Source of the DNA: a virus
Taxonomy: Duplodnaviria > Caudoviricetes
Reading direction: 5' to 3' (one strand)
Length of the DNA: 64,000 nucleotides
IMG/VR virus record: IMGVR_UViG_3300029448_000025
Span: 653-64,652 of that record
In this document: positions 50,341 through 60,948 of the stretch, in pieces
How the letters are laid out: every line of letters begins with the position of its first letter
How positions within the stretch are numbered: position 1 is the stretch's first letter
Translations under genes and position numbers: made by a program
The notes under the pieces: generated by a model
Database searches by the model: none
What the model was told of the DNA's origin: nothing
The model's input: the letters and a program-made list of their open reading frames with translations, nothing else

Positions 50341-51073
50341 TCACTCTTTTTTAATACGCTCTAATTCTTCTGTTGCTTTATCCATTGCAACATCAACAAT
50401 TTTTTGCGCTTCTGCGTCAATATCAACATCTTCCATATAACTTCTTAATCTTTGAAAGCCAACTTCATGTTTTTCGACTTCGTGTTCGTGCGATTGTTGT
50501 ATTGCGGCTAATTGCATTAAATGCTCATGGTTGTCTGCATCACGCTCTCTTTCATGCTTTAATTCAACGGCAATGTTTTCAATTTCAATACTTTGTTCTG
50601 ATTCCCACATGCGCAAAACTGTATTTAGCGCAGGGGCGGCTACTCCACCAATAATTGCAATAAGAGCAATAAATCCATCGAGATTTGCAAGGACAACATC
50701 AGGTTTCCATATACCCATACCGACTACTGCGCCTGATGCAAGAAGCCAAAGATAAATTGCAGGAATTACTGTTCGCTTAACCATTCGGTCATTAAATGAT
50801 TGATTGTTGTTTCTTTTTTTCATATTACTCACCTTAAATTGTCATACCTGTTAAATCAACTCCGAGAGTCAATCCTAATACTGAAACAAGAATTAAACCA
50901 CCTTTGCGCAAAACTGTAATAGCAGTTGCAATTTGCGCATTTAACTCTGCAATACTAATCATCATATCAGTTTGCGCAGAAGCCATTTTTTCAATCATTT
51001 CATCATGCTTTAGTAATTTTGTTTCAACTGCGCTTATTCGCACATCTTGGACTGCATCATTCGTCGTCGGCAT
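50341..51073 (-). CDS. Two small membrane proteins (50341-50832 with 2 TM; 50834-51073 coiled coil plus C-terminal TM), holin-like candidates
   Basis: Hydrophobic segments VIPAIYLWLLASGAVVGMGIW, FIALIAIIGGVAA and GLILVSVLGLTLGV. Confidence 0.55.
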
Positions 51074-52505
51074 TTGAATCATCCTCTATTGTTTCGTTAT
51101 CCGTTGTTTCATCAGTTGGAGTTCCTTCTTGTCCGTTTTCACGGGGCAACTCGCCATTATCTGCAATTCCTTTACTATCCTTTCTAATATCGCCTTCTGT
51201 TTCATCAGGCAGGTTTACAATTTCAAGTGCTTGGTTTAAAGTAAGAATACCTGCATTGTAGCCAATGTTTGCTCTTTGCATTTTGTTAAGTCTTGTTTCT
51301 TCATCAATTGGTTCAAATTGCAAATCGGGCAAATCACTTATTCGATGGTCTATTTTTAGTAAATCTAAATGTTTACTGAATAAGGATAAAGTAGATTGTT
51401 TCAGAATACTTTGTATGCGTCTAATTGCATTACTTGCCCATAGATTAGCCGTATATGATGCGGCAAAAGTTGAACCCTTTTCTTGTCCTGCGGCAGTGCG
51501 AGGAACCTGTAAAACTGCGGCTATGTCTGCATTGATGTTATCTAAAAACCCTGATGAGTCAGGCAAAGCAGTTCTTTGGTCTATGTGCTTGATATTGACA
51601 TAATCAGGGAAAATTGGCACTTGGTCGCCTCTAAGAGCCTCCATTGTTTCAATTACTTGATTCATAATAAAAAGTAGTCTTTCTCGTTGCTCATCGGGAT
51701 TTTGTATATGTTCGACGGCTTTCATGTCAATAGTAATAAATTGCTTTGTCATAGCGTCTTCAAGTGAAATCCGATTGTTAATACTGTTGTATTTTGCTCG
51801 AATTGCTTGTTTAAGTGAAGTAAAGCGAGATGCACCCCACACGCCATAAGTAATTCTATTTTCATTATCTGTAAACCAATTACTTCTGTAATCCATTCTA
51901 AAGTGAAGTATTTCATCTGCTTTAAACTCTTGAAAGGTTGTTTCGCCTTCACGGAGATAATAGTTTTCTGCTTTGATAATCGGGTCGTTTTCATCGACGG
52001 TATCATTGATACCTCTTTCATCGTTAATGGTTATTTGCCGAATAGGGAGATTTTGCACATCTGTAATGCCCTCTTTGCCCGTTCCGACTAATTTATTGAT
52101 GTCATTGCCATAAACCATCAAGTTGCGCATTGCGCAAATTAAAATATCGTCAAAATCAAGCCTTTCGACTAATTCTTGTATTGCGTTTCTAATTCGAGCA
52201 TTGCGTGCTTTTCGGTAGTTAATAGTATAGTTGTTTGCGGTTAAGGACACTGCTCGGACTGCACCGTTTAATTCGGGGTCAAGTTTAAGCATTTCATCAA
52301 ATAATTCAAAATCATTATCAAAATTAGTATCATCTCTTAAAGTATTTGTTTCTTTAACAACATCTGAAATACCGGCCATAAGAGCAAATGGACTTCGATG
52401 GGCAACACTGTGTCTTAAATCCTCATTGCTTACAAAAGCCATAGGAACAGGTTCGGCAACATCTACTTTAGATTTGCCAAAAATAGAAAAACGAGTTCGC
52501 GCCAT
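51057..52505 (-). CDS. Portal protein
   Basis: MLKLDP.L.GAV, NLMVYGND, DEILHFR, YG.WG.S, I.AVLQVP, GILT.NQA. Confidence 0.85.
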   Translation of the reverse strand: MARTRFSIFGKSKVDVAEPVPMAFVSNEDLRHSVAHRSPFALMAGISDVVKETNTLRDDTNFDNDFELFDEMLKLDPELNGAVRAVSLTANNYTINYRKARNARIRNAIQELVERLDFDDILICAMRNLMVYGNDINKLVGTGKEGITDVQNLPIRQITINDERGINDTVDENDPIIKAENYYLREGETTFQEFKADEILHFRMDYRSNWFTDNENRITYGVWGASRFTSLKQAIRAKYNSINNRISLEDAMTKQFITIDMKAVEHIQNPDEQRERLLFIMNQVIETMEALRGDQVPIFPDYVNIKHIDQRTALPDSSGFLDNINADIAAVLQVPRTAAGQEKGSTFAASYTANLWASNAIRRIQSILKQSTLSLFSKHLDLLKIDHRISDLPDLQFEPIDEETRLNKMQRANIGYNAGILTLNQALEIVNLPDETEGDIRKDSKGIADNGELPRENGQEGTPTDETTDNETIEDDSNADDE

Positions 52506-52560
52506 GAATTACCTTTAATAGACGGCGACTTAAGAAAGTATGCACAAGAATAAGTTATTC

Positions 52561-53228
52561 TTATTTTTTAGATGATTTAGGTTTCTTAGTTGATTTTGCG
52601 GTTTTTTTCTTTGCAGGAGGGATAATATCGTAGTTACCATCTTTATTTAGACGATAAACTGTGCCATCGGCCTCAGTCCACTCTTTGAGTTGCTCACTCA
52701 TACTTAATCACCTCAAACAATACTTTCTTGGTAAGTAATATAAACATCACAAATACCGGCTGTAATAGCGGCCCCTGCAATAGTAAGTAAAAGATTATGC
52801 GCACCTGCTAAACCAATTGCACTTCCACCGGCAGTAGCGCACAATTCCCAACCAACAGTAGCGGCGGCAAGTGCGGCATCGTCAAAAGCAGTAGCGGCCA
52901 TAATACCGGCGGCTGTTCCTGTATATCCAAGAGCGATTGTTGCGCTACCCGAAGAAGTAAATGCTTGGGTCGGAACTACTAAAAACGATTTGATAAATGT
53001 TCCGGCGACAAGTGTTTGCGCTGTTCCGTCTGCGGCAGTTAAAGTTTTAGCGCCAGTAGTCTTTGAAGAACCGTCATAAGAAAACTTTAGGGTCTTTTCA
53101 ATAGTAGTTGCTGTCTTTGCGTCAGTTACGGAGTCTGCTTGTAGTTTTGCGGTTGATACCGACAAATCATCAAGGTGTCTATTTTTAAGAGCGCGGTCGA
53201 GTTGCGAGTTGGTGTGTCCTACTGCCAT
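52561..53228 (-). CDS. Putative virion protein (52713-53228) and small basic ORF (52561-52701)
   Basis: TQAFTSSGSATIALG...G..DVYITY beta-sandwich; SD GAGGTGA before the 46 aa ORF. Confidence 0.55.
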
Positions 53229-53431
53229 AATGATACACAGAAACCGTTTGACTTATCAAAGTATTGGGTAATCCATACTAAAAATTATTAAGCAAACAAA
53301 ATAAAAAGTTAATTAGGGCGTTAAAATGATAGATTTTACCTTTAATGGAGTAGTTTTAATTGGCGGTAGCACACTTTTGATACTTGAGTTAATTTGGTGG
53401 GCATTAGTGTTTTTGTTTATTCTTTTTAGAC

Positions 53432-53627
53432 GAAAGAAAAAATTAAGAAAGAATAAAACGATTGACTGAATACAAATTGCTATTATTCTTTATTCTTTAC
53501 TAAGAGATAAAAAACTATTATCTAAGTAAATAATAAGCGGCCCAATATCTAAACACTTAAGAAGAATTAAAAGAATAAATCGAATAGGCTTTCAGTGCCT
53601 TGTTTATTTCTTTTTTAATTCTTTCAA
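53432..53627. repeat. AT-rich palindromic element B, inverted homolog of element A
   Basis: AAAGAATAAATCGAATAGGCTTTCAGTG...TTATTTCTTTTTTAATTCTTTCAA matches the reverse complement of 6855-6915; TATTCTTTATTCTTTACTA matches the reverse complement of 6978-6996. Confidence 0.65.
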
Positions 53628-53687
53628 AAGCATAAAAAGAATTAAATTGCGCAATACCTTATAAGCCAAACCTATTAAGTGCGTAAT

Positions 53688-54914
53688 ATGGCAATAGAAT
53701 ACCATGATGCTGTTAAAAAAGAAATTGATGAGCATTATACTGGAAACATTATGGCTTTTTCAAGACACATGCACAGTATTATGCCTGAAATAACAAGTGA
53801 ACAGCATAGATGGCGTTTGCGTATGTTAAAACAACATATGTCGGAGATTTTTCCTGTTTTTAAAAATGTTGATTATAATGCAGAAATACCAAAACAATTT
53901 GACGGCACTCAAGCACAGTTAATACGCATTATGCACAAACGGTTTCCTGAAATCTCAAAGTCAGGTTGGGAGTCAAGGATTCGGGCGGCATGGGAAAGAG
54001 AAGCGGTTACTCGCACAGAAACACCCCATTTTATTGTCGAACACTTGAAAAAGAAGTCAAGTAGTCAAGAAGACCTATGGAATGCTATTGAAGAACGCTC
54101 AAAAGCGGCGATTCTTGCAAACACAGATGCTCGTTGGGCTACATTTCACATGAAGTCCGATAAACGATACATTGGCATTGCATTTCAAAGCGACCAACAC
54201 ATAGGCAATCCATTTTGCGACCATGAAAGGTTGCGCGAAGACACAGAAGCAATTGAACGACACCCTGAATGCTATGTTATTCATGCGGGTGATTATATTG
54301 ACAACTTTATGATTGACAAACCTCGACCTGCTATGAAAGCACCTATTCCTCCTTCTATCCAATGGCAACTATGTGAACACTACATTAACATGAGTCCTAA
54401 TTCACTTATGGCTATTGTTGCGGGTAATCACGACCTTTGGACTGCCGGTGCAACAGATTATGACCCTCTAAAGCGTCTTGCGCAAGACAGAGGCGTTTTG
54501 TATCACCCGTATGAGTTAAACCTCAAAGTTATTCACGGCGATATTCCTTATCACCTTAGTATTCGACATAAGCGAAGAGGTAATTCAAATCTCGACCCAA
54601 GCCGTGTAATTAAGAAAATGTGGGATGACGGAGAATGTGATTTTGACATTGGAGTTATCGGACATCATCACACGCCATCAGTTGTTCCTTTTACTCGACA
54701 TGCAGTTGAGCGTTGGGCTTTAAGGCCGGGCGCATACAAAACAATAGACAGTTTCGGTGAAATGTGCGGTTTTCCGAGAGAACGCCCAACATCCCCTATG
54801 GTTGTCCTTGATTCTCAAACAAGAGATATTCAAGCATTTACAGACCTTAGACATGGACTTAGACTTCTTAACACTCTTAATGGAAGGAAAGCAAATGCCT
54901 ATATGGAAGAGTGA
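53688..54914 (+). CDS. Calcineurin-like metallophosphoesterase with duplicated N-terminal helical repeat
   Basis: SDQHIG, GDYID, GNHD, RH, GHHH. Confidence 0.85.
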   Translation: MAIEYHDAVKKEIDEHYTGNIMAFSRHMHSIMPEITSEQHRWRLRMLKQHMSEIFPVFKNVDYNAEIPKQFDGTQAQLIRIMHKRFPEISKSGWESRIRAAWEREAVTRTETPHFIVEHLKKKSSSQEDLWNAIEERSKAAILANTDARWATFHMKSDKRYIGIAFQSDQHIGNPFCDHERLREDTEAIERHPECYVIHAGDYIDNFMIDKPRPAMKAPIPPSIQWQLCEHYINMSPNSLMAIVAGNHDLWTAGATDYDPLKRLAQDRGVLYHPYELNLKVIHGDIPYHLSIRHKRRGNSNLDPSRVIKKMWDDGECDFDIGVIGHHHTPSVVPFTRHAVERWALRPGAYKTIDSFGEMCGFPRERPTSPMVVLDSQTRDIQAFTDLRHGLRLLNTLNGRKANAYMEE

Positions 54915-55092
54915 TGACGAACAGTTAATCCTTACTGAAATGGGGCATGATTATGTCGCATTTAATATATTTTCAGAAGAATTAGTTATTGGCATTATGC
55001 TTAATAGAAATGAAATTGAAGAGTTATGCAACTCTTTGCTTGAATACTGTGGAATACCTGTTTTTGAGGTGAAAAACAATGATGAAGAATAG
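54895..55092 (+). CDS. Small hypothetical protein
   Basis: 65 aa ORF coupled to the terminase gene. Confidence 0.5.
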   Translation: MPIWKSDDEQLILTEMGHDYVAFNIFSEELVIGIMLNRNEIEELCNSLLEYCGIPVFEVKNNDEE

Positions 55093-56578
55093 AATAATGA
55101 CTGCTCTTAATATGGAAAGAAGCAGGTATGACATTAAACATTTTTATGAATGGCTTGGCTACAATTGGGGCGACCACATAGGAGAATGGTTAAAACTTTA
55201 CAGTGAAAGAGGCGAAAGACAAGTTCACCGTGTATGCGTAATTGCACCTCGCGACCACTCTAAATCAACAACTCTTCGAGTAAAAGTTCTTCATCAATTA
55301 CTTTTTGAAAAGTGGCGAGGTAAACCGTTTACTATTTGGTTGTTTTCCGCTAATAAAGACCTTGCGATAAACAGACTTGATGAAATAAGACAAGACCTAA
55401 AACGACATCCTGAATTGTCAAGACTTATTGATGTAACAAAAGGAAACAGATATGAGTTGCGATTAACAAACGGCGCTTGGATTAAGGCAACATCCGTTGG
55501 TTCAGGTATTCGGGGCGAACATCCAGCCGCAATTGCTCTTGACGATGTATTAGACGACCAAAATGATATGTCTTATGATATAGTCCAACAATGGTTCAGA
55601 AAAAAATTAACACCTATGCTATCGCCCGGAACTTCTATTTATTGCGTCGGAACGCCTATGTCAATGAACGATTTATACCATACTGAAATGCTAAGTAATG
55701 AGTCTTGGCAATCATGGCGTAAAGGTTCTATTGTAAATTATGACGAATGGAGAAATGACCCTGATAATGTAAAACCTGTCTGTCTGTGGCCTTCTGAAAG
55801 ACCTATTGAGTTTTTGCTTGAACAACGACAAGCAATTGGTGATTTAGCATTTGCGCAAGAATACCTTTGTAAAGTAGTCGATGACGACAGCGCAGTTTTC
55901 CCTCAACAACTTACACGCAAAAATATGAACATGGATGTTATACTGCAAAATAAAAAAATACATGACGGGCGCTATGTTATAGGCTTTGACCCTTCACATG
56001 GCATAGGAAAAGACTACACGGTTATGGTTGTTCTGCGTCAAGACAAAGAAGGCTTCATACATATTGTAAATATGTGGCGAAAAAACGATTTTCCCCCAAA
56101 TAAACAAATTGAAATGATTGGAAAGTTTAATGACGCATACAAACAGCCAACTTTTGCTTTTGAAAGCGCAGGTTTTCAATCTCTTTACAAATCTCTCGTT
56201 GAACAAAGCAAATTGACGCTCGATATGAAAATGAGCAAGGTATCAAACAAAACACTCAAGCAAGGACTACTAAATCGCCTCCGAGTATGGTTTGAACAAG
56301 AAAAAGTCGTCATACCCTATGGAAACGACGAAACAAGACGGGTTATGAGCATCCTCCTTGACGAATTGGAGTCGCACGCATGGAAAAACGGCGATATTGT
56401 CGATAAAGGCAAGCATAATGACACAGTTATGGCCTTTGCGCACGCAATAGACCAATTTAAGACAGGCTTTAACGCCGGATTAGCCATGACAACAGGCCAA
56501 ACTGACATATCTAAGTGGAACACAGCAAAAATTAACAAAAATAAGCGAGTTTCAAGCAAATATGTGCCTTTTTTCTAA
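55079..56578 (+). CDS. terL: Terminase large subunit
   Basis: APRDHSKST (Walker A), IRGEHP..IALDD (Walker B), VGTP, FAQEYLC, IGFDP...DYT, FES, HNDTVMA. Confidence 0.92.
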   Translation: MMKNRIMTALNMERSRYDIKHFYEWLGYNWGDHIGEWLKLYSERGERQVHRVCVIAPRDHSKSTTLRVKVLHQLLFEKWRGKPFTIWLFSANKDLAINRLDEIRQDLKRHPELSRLIDVTKGNRYELRLTNGAWIKATSVGSGIRGEHPAAIALDDVLDDQNDMSYDIVQQWFRKKLTPMLSPGTSIYCVGTPMSMNDLYHTEMLSNESWQSWRKGSIVNYDEWRNDPDNVKPVCLWPSERPIEFLLEQRQAIGDLAFAQEYLCKVVDDDSAVFPQQLTRKNMNMDVILQNKKIHDGRYVIGFDPSHGIGKDYTVMVVLRQDKEGFIHIVNMWRKNDFPPNKQIEMIGKFNDAYKQPTFAFESAGFQSLYKSLVEQSKLTLDMKMSKVSNKTLKQGLLNRLRVWFEQEKVVIPYGNDETRRVMSILLDELESHAWKNGDIVDKGKHNDTVMAFAHAIDQFKTGFNAGLAMTTGQTDISKWNTAKINKNKRVSSKYVPFF

Positions 56579-56700
56579 AAAATCGGCAAAAATTAAAAAA
56601 AATATAAAAATTGTGAGAGGTGGTTGGCGTGCGTAGCCCCGTCAGTATGCGCAGTTTTTGGCGCACCTAAAGCGCAGGTTCAGGGGCCGCAATTATTTTG

Positions 56701-58188
56701 CCTAAACGACGCACTGCGAGCCTGTTTGTCTGCGTGTTCTGCGCAGTTCATGCTCGCGCAGGTGCGCGTCATCACGCCACACGCCTTATGCGTCTGTTTT
56801 TCGATTTGCGCCAAAAGTTTCTGAAAGGGCCACTGAGAGCCTGTTTAGGGCCAATAATCCACTATTCAACTCAAGGTTCAGTAGTGCGAATGGCACATAG
56901 CGAGGCTGTTTGACCTTCTGCGCAACCCCAAATATGCGACCTTCTGCGAGACTCCAAGCGATTCATTCAGAAAACCACGCCAAAATTGACGCCTCAGAGC
57001 CTCCCCCATAGCCCCGCAGTCTATCGTTTAGACCACCCTCAAACGACCTTCTCAGAGTTGAAACCTCAGAACTCAAAACCGTTGCACTGCGCCCCACCTT
57101 AGAAACTGCGTGAACCGTTGTTTTCAAGTATCAAACCGCCGTTTTCCGGTTTACCGCCATACATGCCGAATATGTGCAATTTCTCAACATTGCCGAAAGA
57201 GTCCGTTTTCACCATACCGGCACTGCGGCGCAGTCTATCGAATGACTACTGAACCGATGGTTCCCCTATGGTAGCACTCCCCGCAATTTTGCGCAGAGCC
57301 TCAGTGCATCGAATAGAAAGCAACGGGGTGCGGCTATTGCATCATCGACTTTCGGCGTTTTCTGCGTGTTTTCTAAAATCGCCGTTTCCGTTCCGTTTGG
57401 GCTGTTTTTGGTTTTTCATCGAATGTCGGAAACCTGCAATTTATCCCGCCGATTCTGAAAAAAACGATGGACTGCGAAGCCGACACTAAAACCCCGCAAT
57501 CCCTAAACGATGCACTGAGAGCCTATGAGTTCTAAACGCCGCACTGCTCGACCGGCGGCCCCATGTCGGCTTGACATCGACCGGACAACAGCCCCGCAGT
57601 CATGCGTTTACCGATTCGGCCTCGCGTGCATGATGCGCGTGCGTATGCGAGATTTGGGGGCTTTGCGTGGATTGTCTAAACGATGGACTGAGAGCCTATC
57701 CTCTCTCCTGATTCGATGCCTAAACGATGGACTGCGCCGCTATTTTCCGGTTTCCGACATGACCTGAAACGACCTTTTCGGCCAAACAGCGCCGCAGTGT
57801 TGCTTTTAGACCTGTTTTCTGAAATGCTAAACGATAGACTGCGAGCCTATTGATATTCTGCTCTGCGCCGTATTCCTAAACGATAGACTGAGAGCCTGTT
57901 ATTTTCCTAAACGATGGACTGAGAGGCGGAGAACCCTAAACGATGGACTGCGAGCCTGTCGCCTAAACGCTATACTGCGCCGCAATTGTAGAGCAGTGCA
58001 TCGAATAGATTCTGCGAACACCCCTAAACGATAGACTGCGCCCCGATTGTCTCTCAGTGCGCCGTTTTTTTTCAGGAGATTTCGACAAAATCAAAACCCG
58101 CAACCGTCGAAGATGTGCATATAAGAACTGCGCCGTTTTGCTTCAAGGCACACTGCGAGCCTGTCGCCGTCGCAGTGCATCGTTTAGG
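56701..58188. repeat. Dispersed array of the bipartite motif (CCT)AAACG-N4-ACTG(C/A)G(AGCC) in the non-coding region
   Basis: + copies at 56701, 57461, 57502, 57532, 57676, 57719, 57827, 57875, 57906, 57935, 57962, 58023; - copies at 57015, 57229, 57300, 57595, 57993, 58053, 58171; further degenerate copies. Confidence 0.92.
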
Positions 58189-58256
58189 TTGCTTCTGCGC
58201 CGTTTACCTTCTCGCTTCATATACTCCCATGAGAGAGGTGAAACCGGAGAGATACC

Positions 58257-60863
58257 ATGATACAAAATATATGTATGAAAATAATGGCCTTCATCCTCGC
58301 AGTGGTGCTTTTTACCACTGCGGCGGGTGTCGGTCTTGAGCAAAACCCTTTGACTGAGGTTGAAGGAGAAGACAACATGAACAAAGAAAACGACGCACTG
58401 CGCCCCATTTGGGCAGAGTTGCCTGAACAAACGCACATCTCGCGTTCGCGAGTCAAGCGTTTTCACCGCAAGCAACAATTGCGTGAACAGCGCCCCCGTC
58501 ATGCGTTCAAGCGAGCATTGCGCCGCTTGTTTTCTTTAGGGCATCTGCGTGAAGAATCGAAAGGTTCAGGCGTTTGGATTCTTGACAAAAGAAGCACACT
58601 GCGCCGCATTTCGGACTTCTTGAGCCATCGGGTTCAAATTATCCGTATTGGCTTCGCAGTCCGTCGATTAGCGAAGGAAACCGCGAAGAAGAACGCAGAA
58701 CTCACACTCGCGAGTGATGCGTTTTCATCCGTTGAAATTGCGCCGCAGTCAAACGAATTGTTTGAATATCAGTGGGATGAGGTCTGCGAGTGTAAAACCT
58801 GCGGAGATTTCACCGATGAAGTCGATTTGACCCTTGAAAATGGGCCGCAGTGCATCGAATGTTACTTAGACGAAACCGACGCACTCACGCAGACACGCGA
58901 CGACATCGACAAATACGCAGACTGCGAGCCGGTCGATGGTCTTTTGTCAGACCTGAACCCCGACCTCGTAGAATACGGAAACGCTACACTGCGCCGCACT
59001 TTCTGCGTCGTTGCTGTTATCGCGGTTTTGTATGCTTTCGACATCACTCAATTGTCTTTCAGTCTTGCGTTTATCGGCGCAGTTCGCACGCCCAAGCCTC
59101 AATGGTTGAAGGACGCGGAGAACTCAGGCGTTGAAGTGATTTCAAAGGGTCGCAGTGTTCCGATTTCAGGCCGAAAGGAAAACACACGGGTGAAGTCCTG
59201 CGCCGCTTGCGGTTGCGATATTCCCGCCGGTCAATACTTCGCCCAACTGAATGCGAAGAAGGGAAACGGTGAACCTTTCGCCTCCTTAAAGCCACACTGC
59301 GAGACATGCACAGCCGAATATATCCAAGTTCATCAAACGATAAAATCGTATCGCTCAGGCGCACATAATGCGCCTGTCGCGAGTGCCTCGGTTTCTGAAC
59401 CTGAACCTGAACCTTTGACCGTCAATGTTCAAAACAACGCACTGCGCCCCAATTCTTTCAAGGGAACATGCGCAGTTTGTAGCGTTGAAGTTCCGTCGAA
59501 GGCGGGATTCATTCACGCAGAGAGTCCGAAAGGGCATAAAATCCGATGTGCTGAACACGCAACTGAGGCGCTGTTTATCGGTTCAAACGGTGAGCCGATT
59601 CAAGGCAAAAAGTCCAACGGCGCAAGCCGTGTGATTCCTGAACCTTCACAGGCTCTCAGTCAAGCGGTTAAGGCGCAAGTTTCTGCGTCGTTGCCATCGA
59701 CTGCGCAAGGCGATAAAATCGAACTTCTTCAAGCGTTGCTTTCAGGCGATGGTTTGAATGAAGAACAAGTGCGCAGTGTTGCGAAAGCGGTTGTTGAACA
59801 ATACGCAGAAACTGCGATTCAAAACGGCGTTCAAAACGCTTCTGCGCATGTTGAAGAACGGATTGAAAAAGTCGTTTCAGAATTGAAGGCTCAAGAAGTC
59901 ATCAAAACGCTACACATCAAGCCATCGAAGAAGGCCAAAGCGGTGAAAATATCAGGCGCTTATCATCCCGCAGTGCCGACCGTTTTCTCAATCCTGAAAG
60001 CGGGGCTTCTCAATGGCTCGCCGTTGCCTGTTTACATGGTGGGCGAAGCGGGAACCGGCAAGTCTTACGCAGTGGCTCAGGTTCAAGCAATGCTTCAAGC
60101 GGCTAAATTGCAGAGCAGTAAAGCGTATGGAGAAATCATATGCTTCGCAGATATGACACGGGGCGACCTTCTCGGTAATGTGAAGTATGGCGTGGGCGGT
60201 AAAGGTTCTATTGAATGGCAACGCAGTGGCCTTGTTAAGCCGCTTCTTGAAGGCGGCGTGGCCTTTGTCGATGAAATAGACAAAGCAGACCCCGCAGTCC
60301 TCGTTTTATTGAACGGCGTGCTTGCATCGCGAACCGTCATCAATCCGGCAACGGGTGAAGTCCTGAAAGTGCATCCTCAAGCGGTGATAATCGCCGCAGG
60401 AAACACCGGCGGTCATTCGATGGGCGGCGCTTACAAAGCGGCGCAGATTCAAGACGCCTCGCTTCTTGACCGATTCGCCGCAACCGTAGTGAAGTTTGGA
60501 TTTTCCGCACGCATTGCGGCTTCAATATGTGGCCTCAGTCATTCGATGGCCGAACCTGAAAACAGTCCACGCGGTGAACCTGCGCAGATGTCCGAGGTTT
60601 TGAAATCCTATACCGAATTGCGCCAAATTGTAGTGGGTCAAACCACTGTGCAATACAGCAACCGCGCCCTTCTTCATGCGTCGGTTTTGGCTAAAGACGG
60701 GTGGACTCTGAACGCCATTATTGGTCGATGGGTTGAACCGCTTGATTCTGAACTCCGCAGAGAGGTTTTGAATCACTTCGGAATGATAGACGGCGAGGCT
60801 CTTTCATTGGTTCCGCAAGGTGTCTTTGAACCTGAATCCGTAGATATTGCGGGAGGCGCTTAA
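58257..60863 (+). CDS. MoxR/CbbQ-type AAA+ ATPase with N-terminal hydrophobic segments and Zn fingers
   Basis: VGEAGTGKS, FVDEID, AAGNT, LLDRF; CKTC...CIEC, CAAC...CETC, CAVC...CAEH. Confidence 0.85.
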   Translation: MIQNICMKIMAFILAVVLFTTAAGVGLEQNPLTEVEGEDNMNKENDALRPIWAELPEQTHISRSRVKRFHRKQQLREQRPRHAFKRALRRLFSLGHLREESKGSGVWILDKRSTLRRISDFLSHRVQIIRIGFAVRRLAKETAKKNAELTLASDAFSSVEIAPQSNELFEYQWDEVCECKTCGDFTDEVDLTLENGPQCIECYLDETDALTQTRDDIDKYADCEPVDGLLSDLNPDLVEYGNATLRRTFCVVAVIAVLYAFDITQLSFSLAFIGAVRTPKPQWLKDAENSGVEVISKGRSVPISGRKENTRVKSCAACGCDIPAGQYFAQLNAKKGNGEPFASLKPHCETCTAEYIQVHQTIKSYRSGAHNAPVASASVSEPEPEPLTVNVQNNALRPNSFKGTCAVCSVEVPSKAGFIHAESPKGHKIRCAEHATEALFIGSNGEPIQGKKSNGASRVIPEPSQALSQAVKAQVSASLPSTAQGDKIELLQALLSGDGLNEEQVRSVAKAVVEQYAETAIQNGVQNASAHVEERIEKVVSELKAQEVIKTLHIKPSKKAKAVKISGAYHPAVPTVFSILKAGLLNGSPLPVYMVGEAGTGKSYAVAQVQAMLQAAKLQSSKAYGEIICFADMTRGDLLGNVKYGVGGKGSIEWQRSGLVKPLLEGGVAFVDEIDKADPAVLVLLNGVLASRTVINPATGEVLKVHPQAVIIAAGNTGGHSMGGAYKAAQIQDASLLDRFAATVVKFGFSARIAASICGLSHSMAEPENSPRGEPAQMSEVLKSYTELRQIVVGQTTVQYSNRALLHASVLAKDGWTLNAIIGRWVEPLDSELRREVLNHFGMIDGEALSLVPQGVFEPESVDIAGGA

Positions 60864-60948
60864 GCGTAAACTGCGCAAGCATATGACGGCCAGTTTATAC
60901 TTGCCCGATGCTACGCAGTCAAACGAAAATGGAGGTGAAAAAGTGAAT

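Noticed and set aside
27857-52518. Plus-strand ORFs within the structural module
   Set aside because: Antisense shadows of long minus-strand genes.
53326-53469. 47 aa TM micro-protein with basic tail
   Set aside because: Plausible, but may be a by-product of the T-rich/A-rich arms of element B; insufficient support.
57676-58042. CRISPR mini-array
   Set aside because: Repeats are only ~17-22 nt, variable in the middle, irregularly spaced (27-108 nt) and in both orientations; no cas operon.
56624-58339. Short ORFs across the repeat region
   Set aside because: No SD sites or coupling, and the peptides simply translate the DNA motif; likely non-coding.
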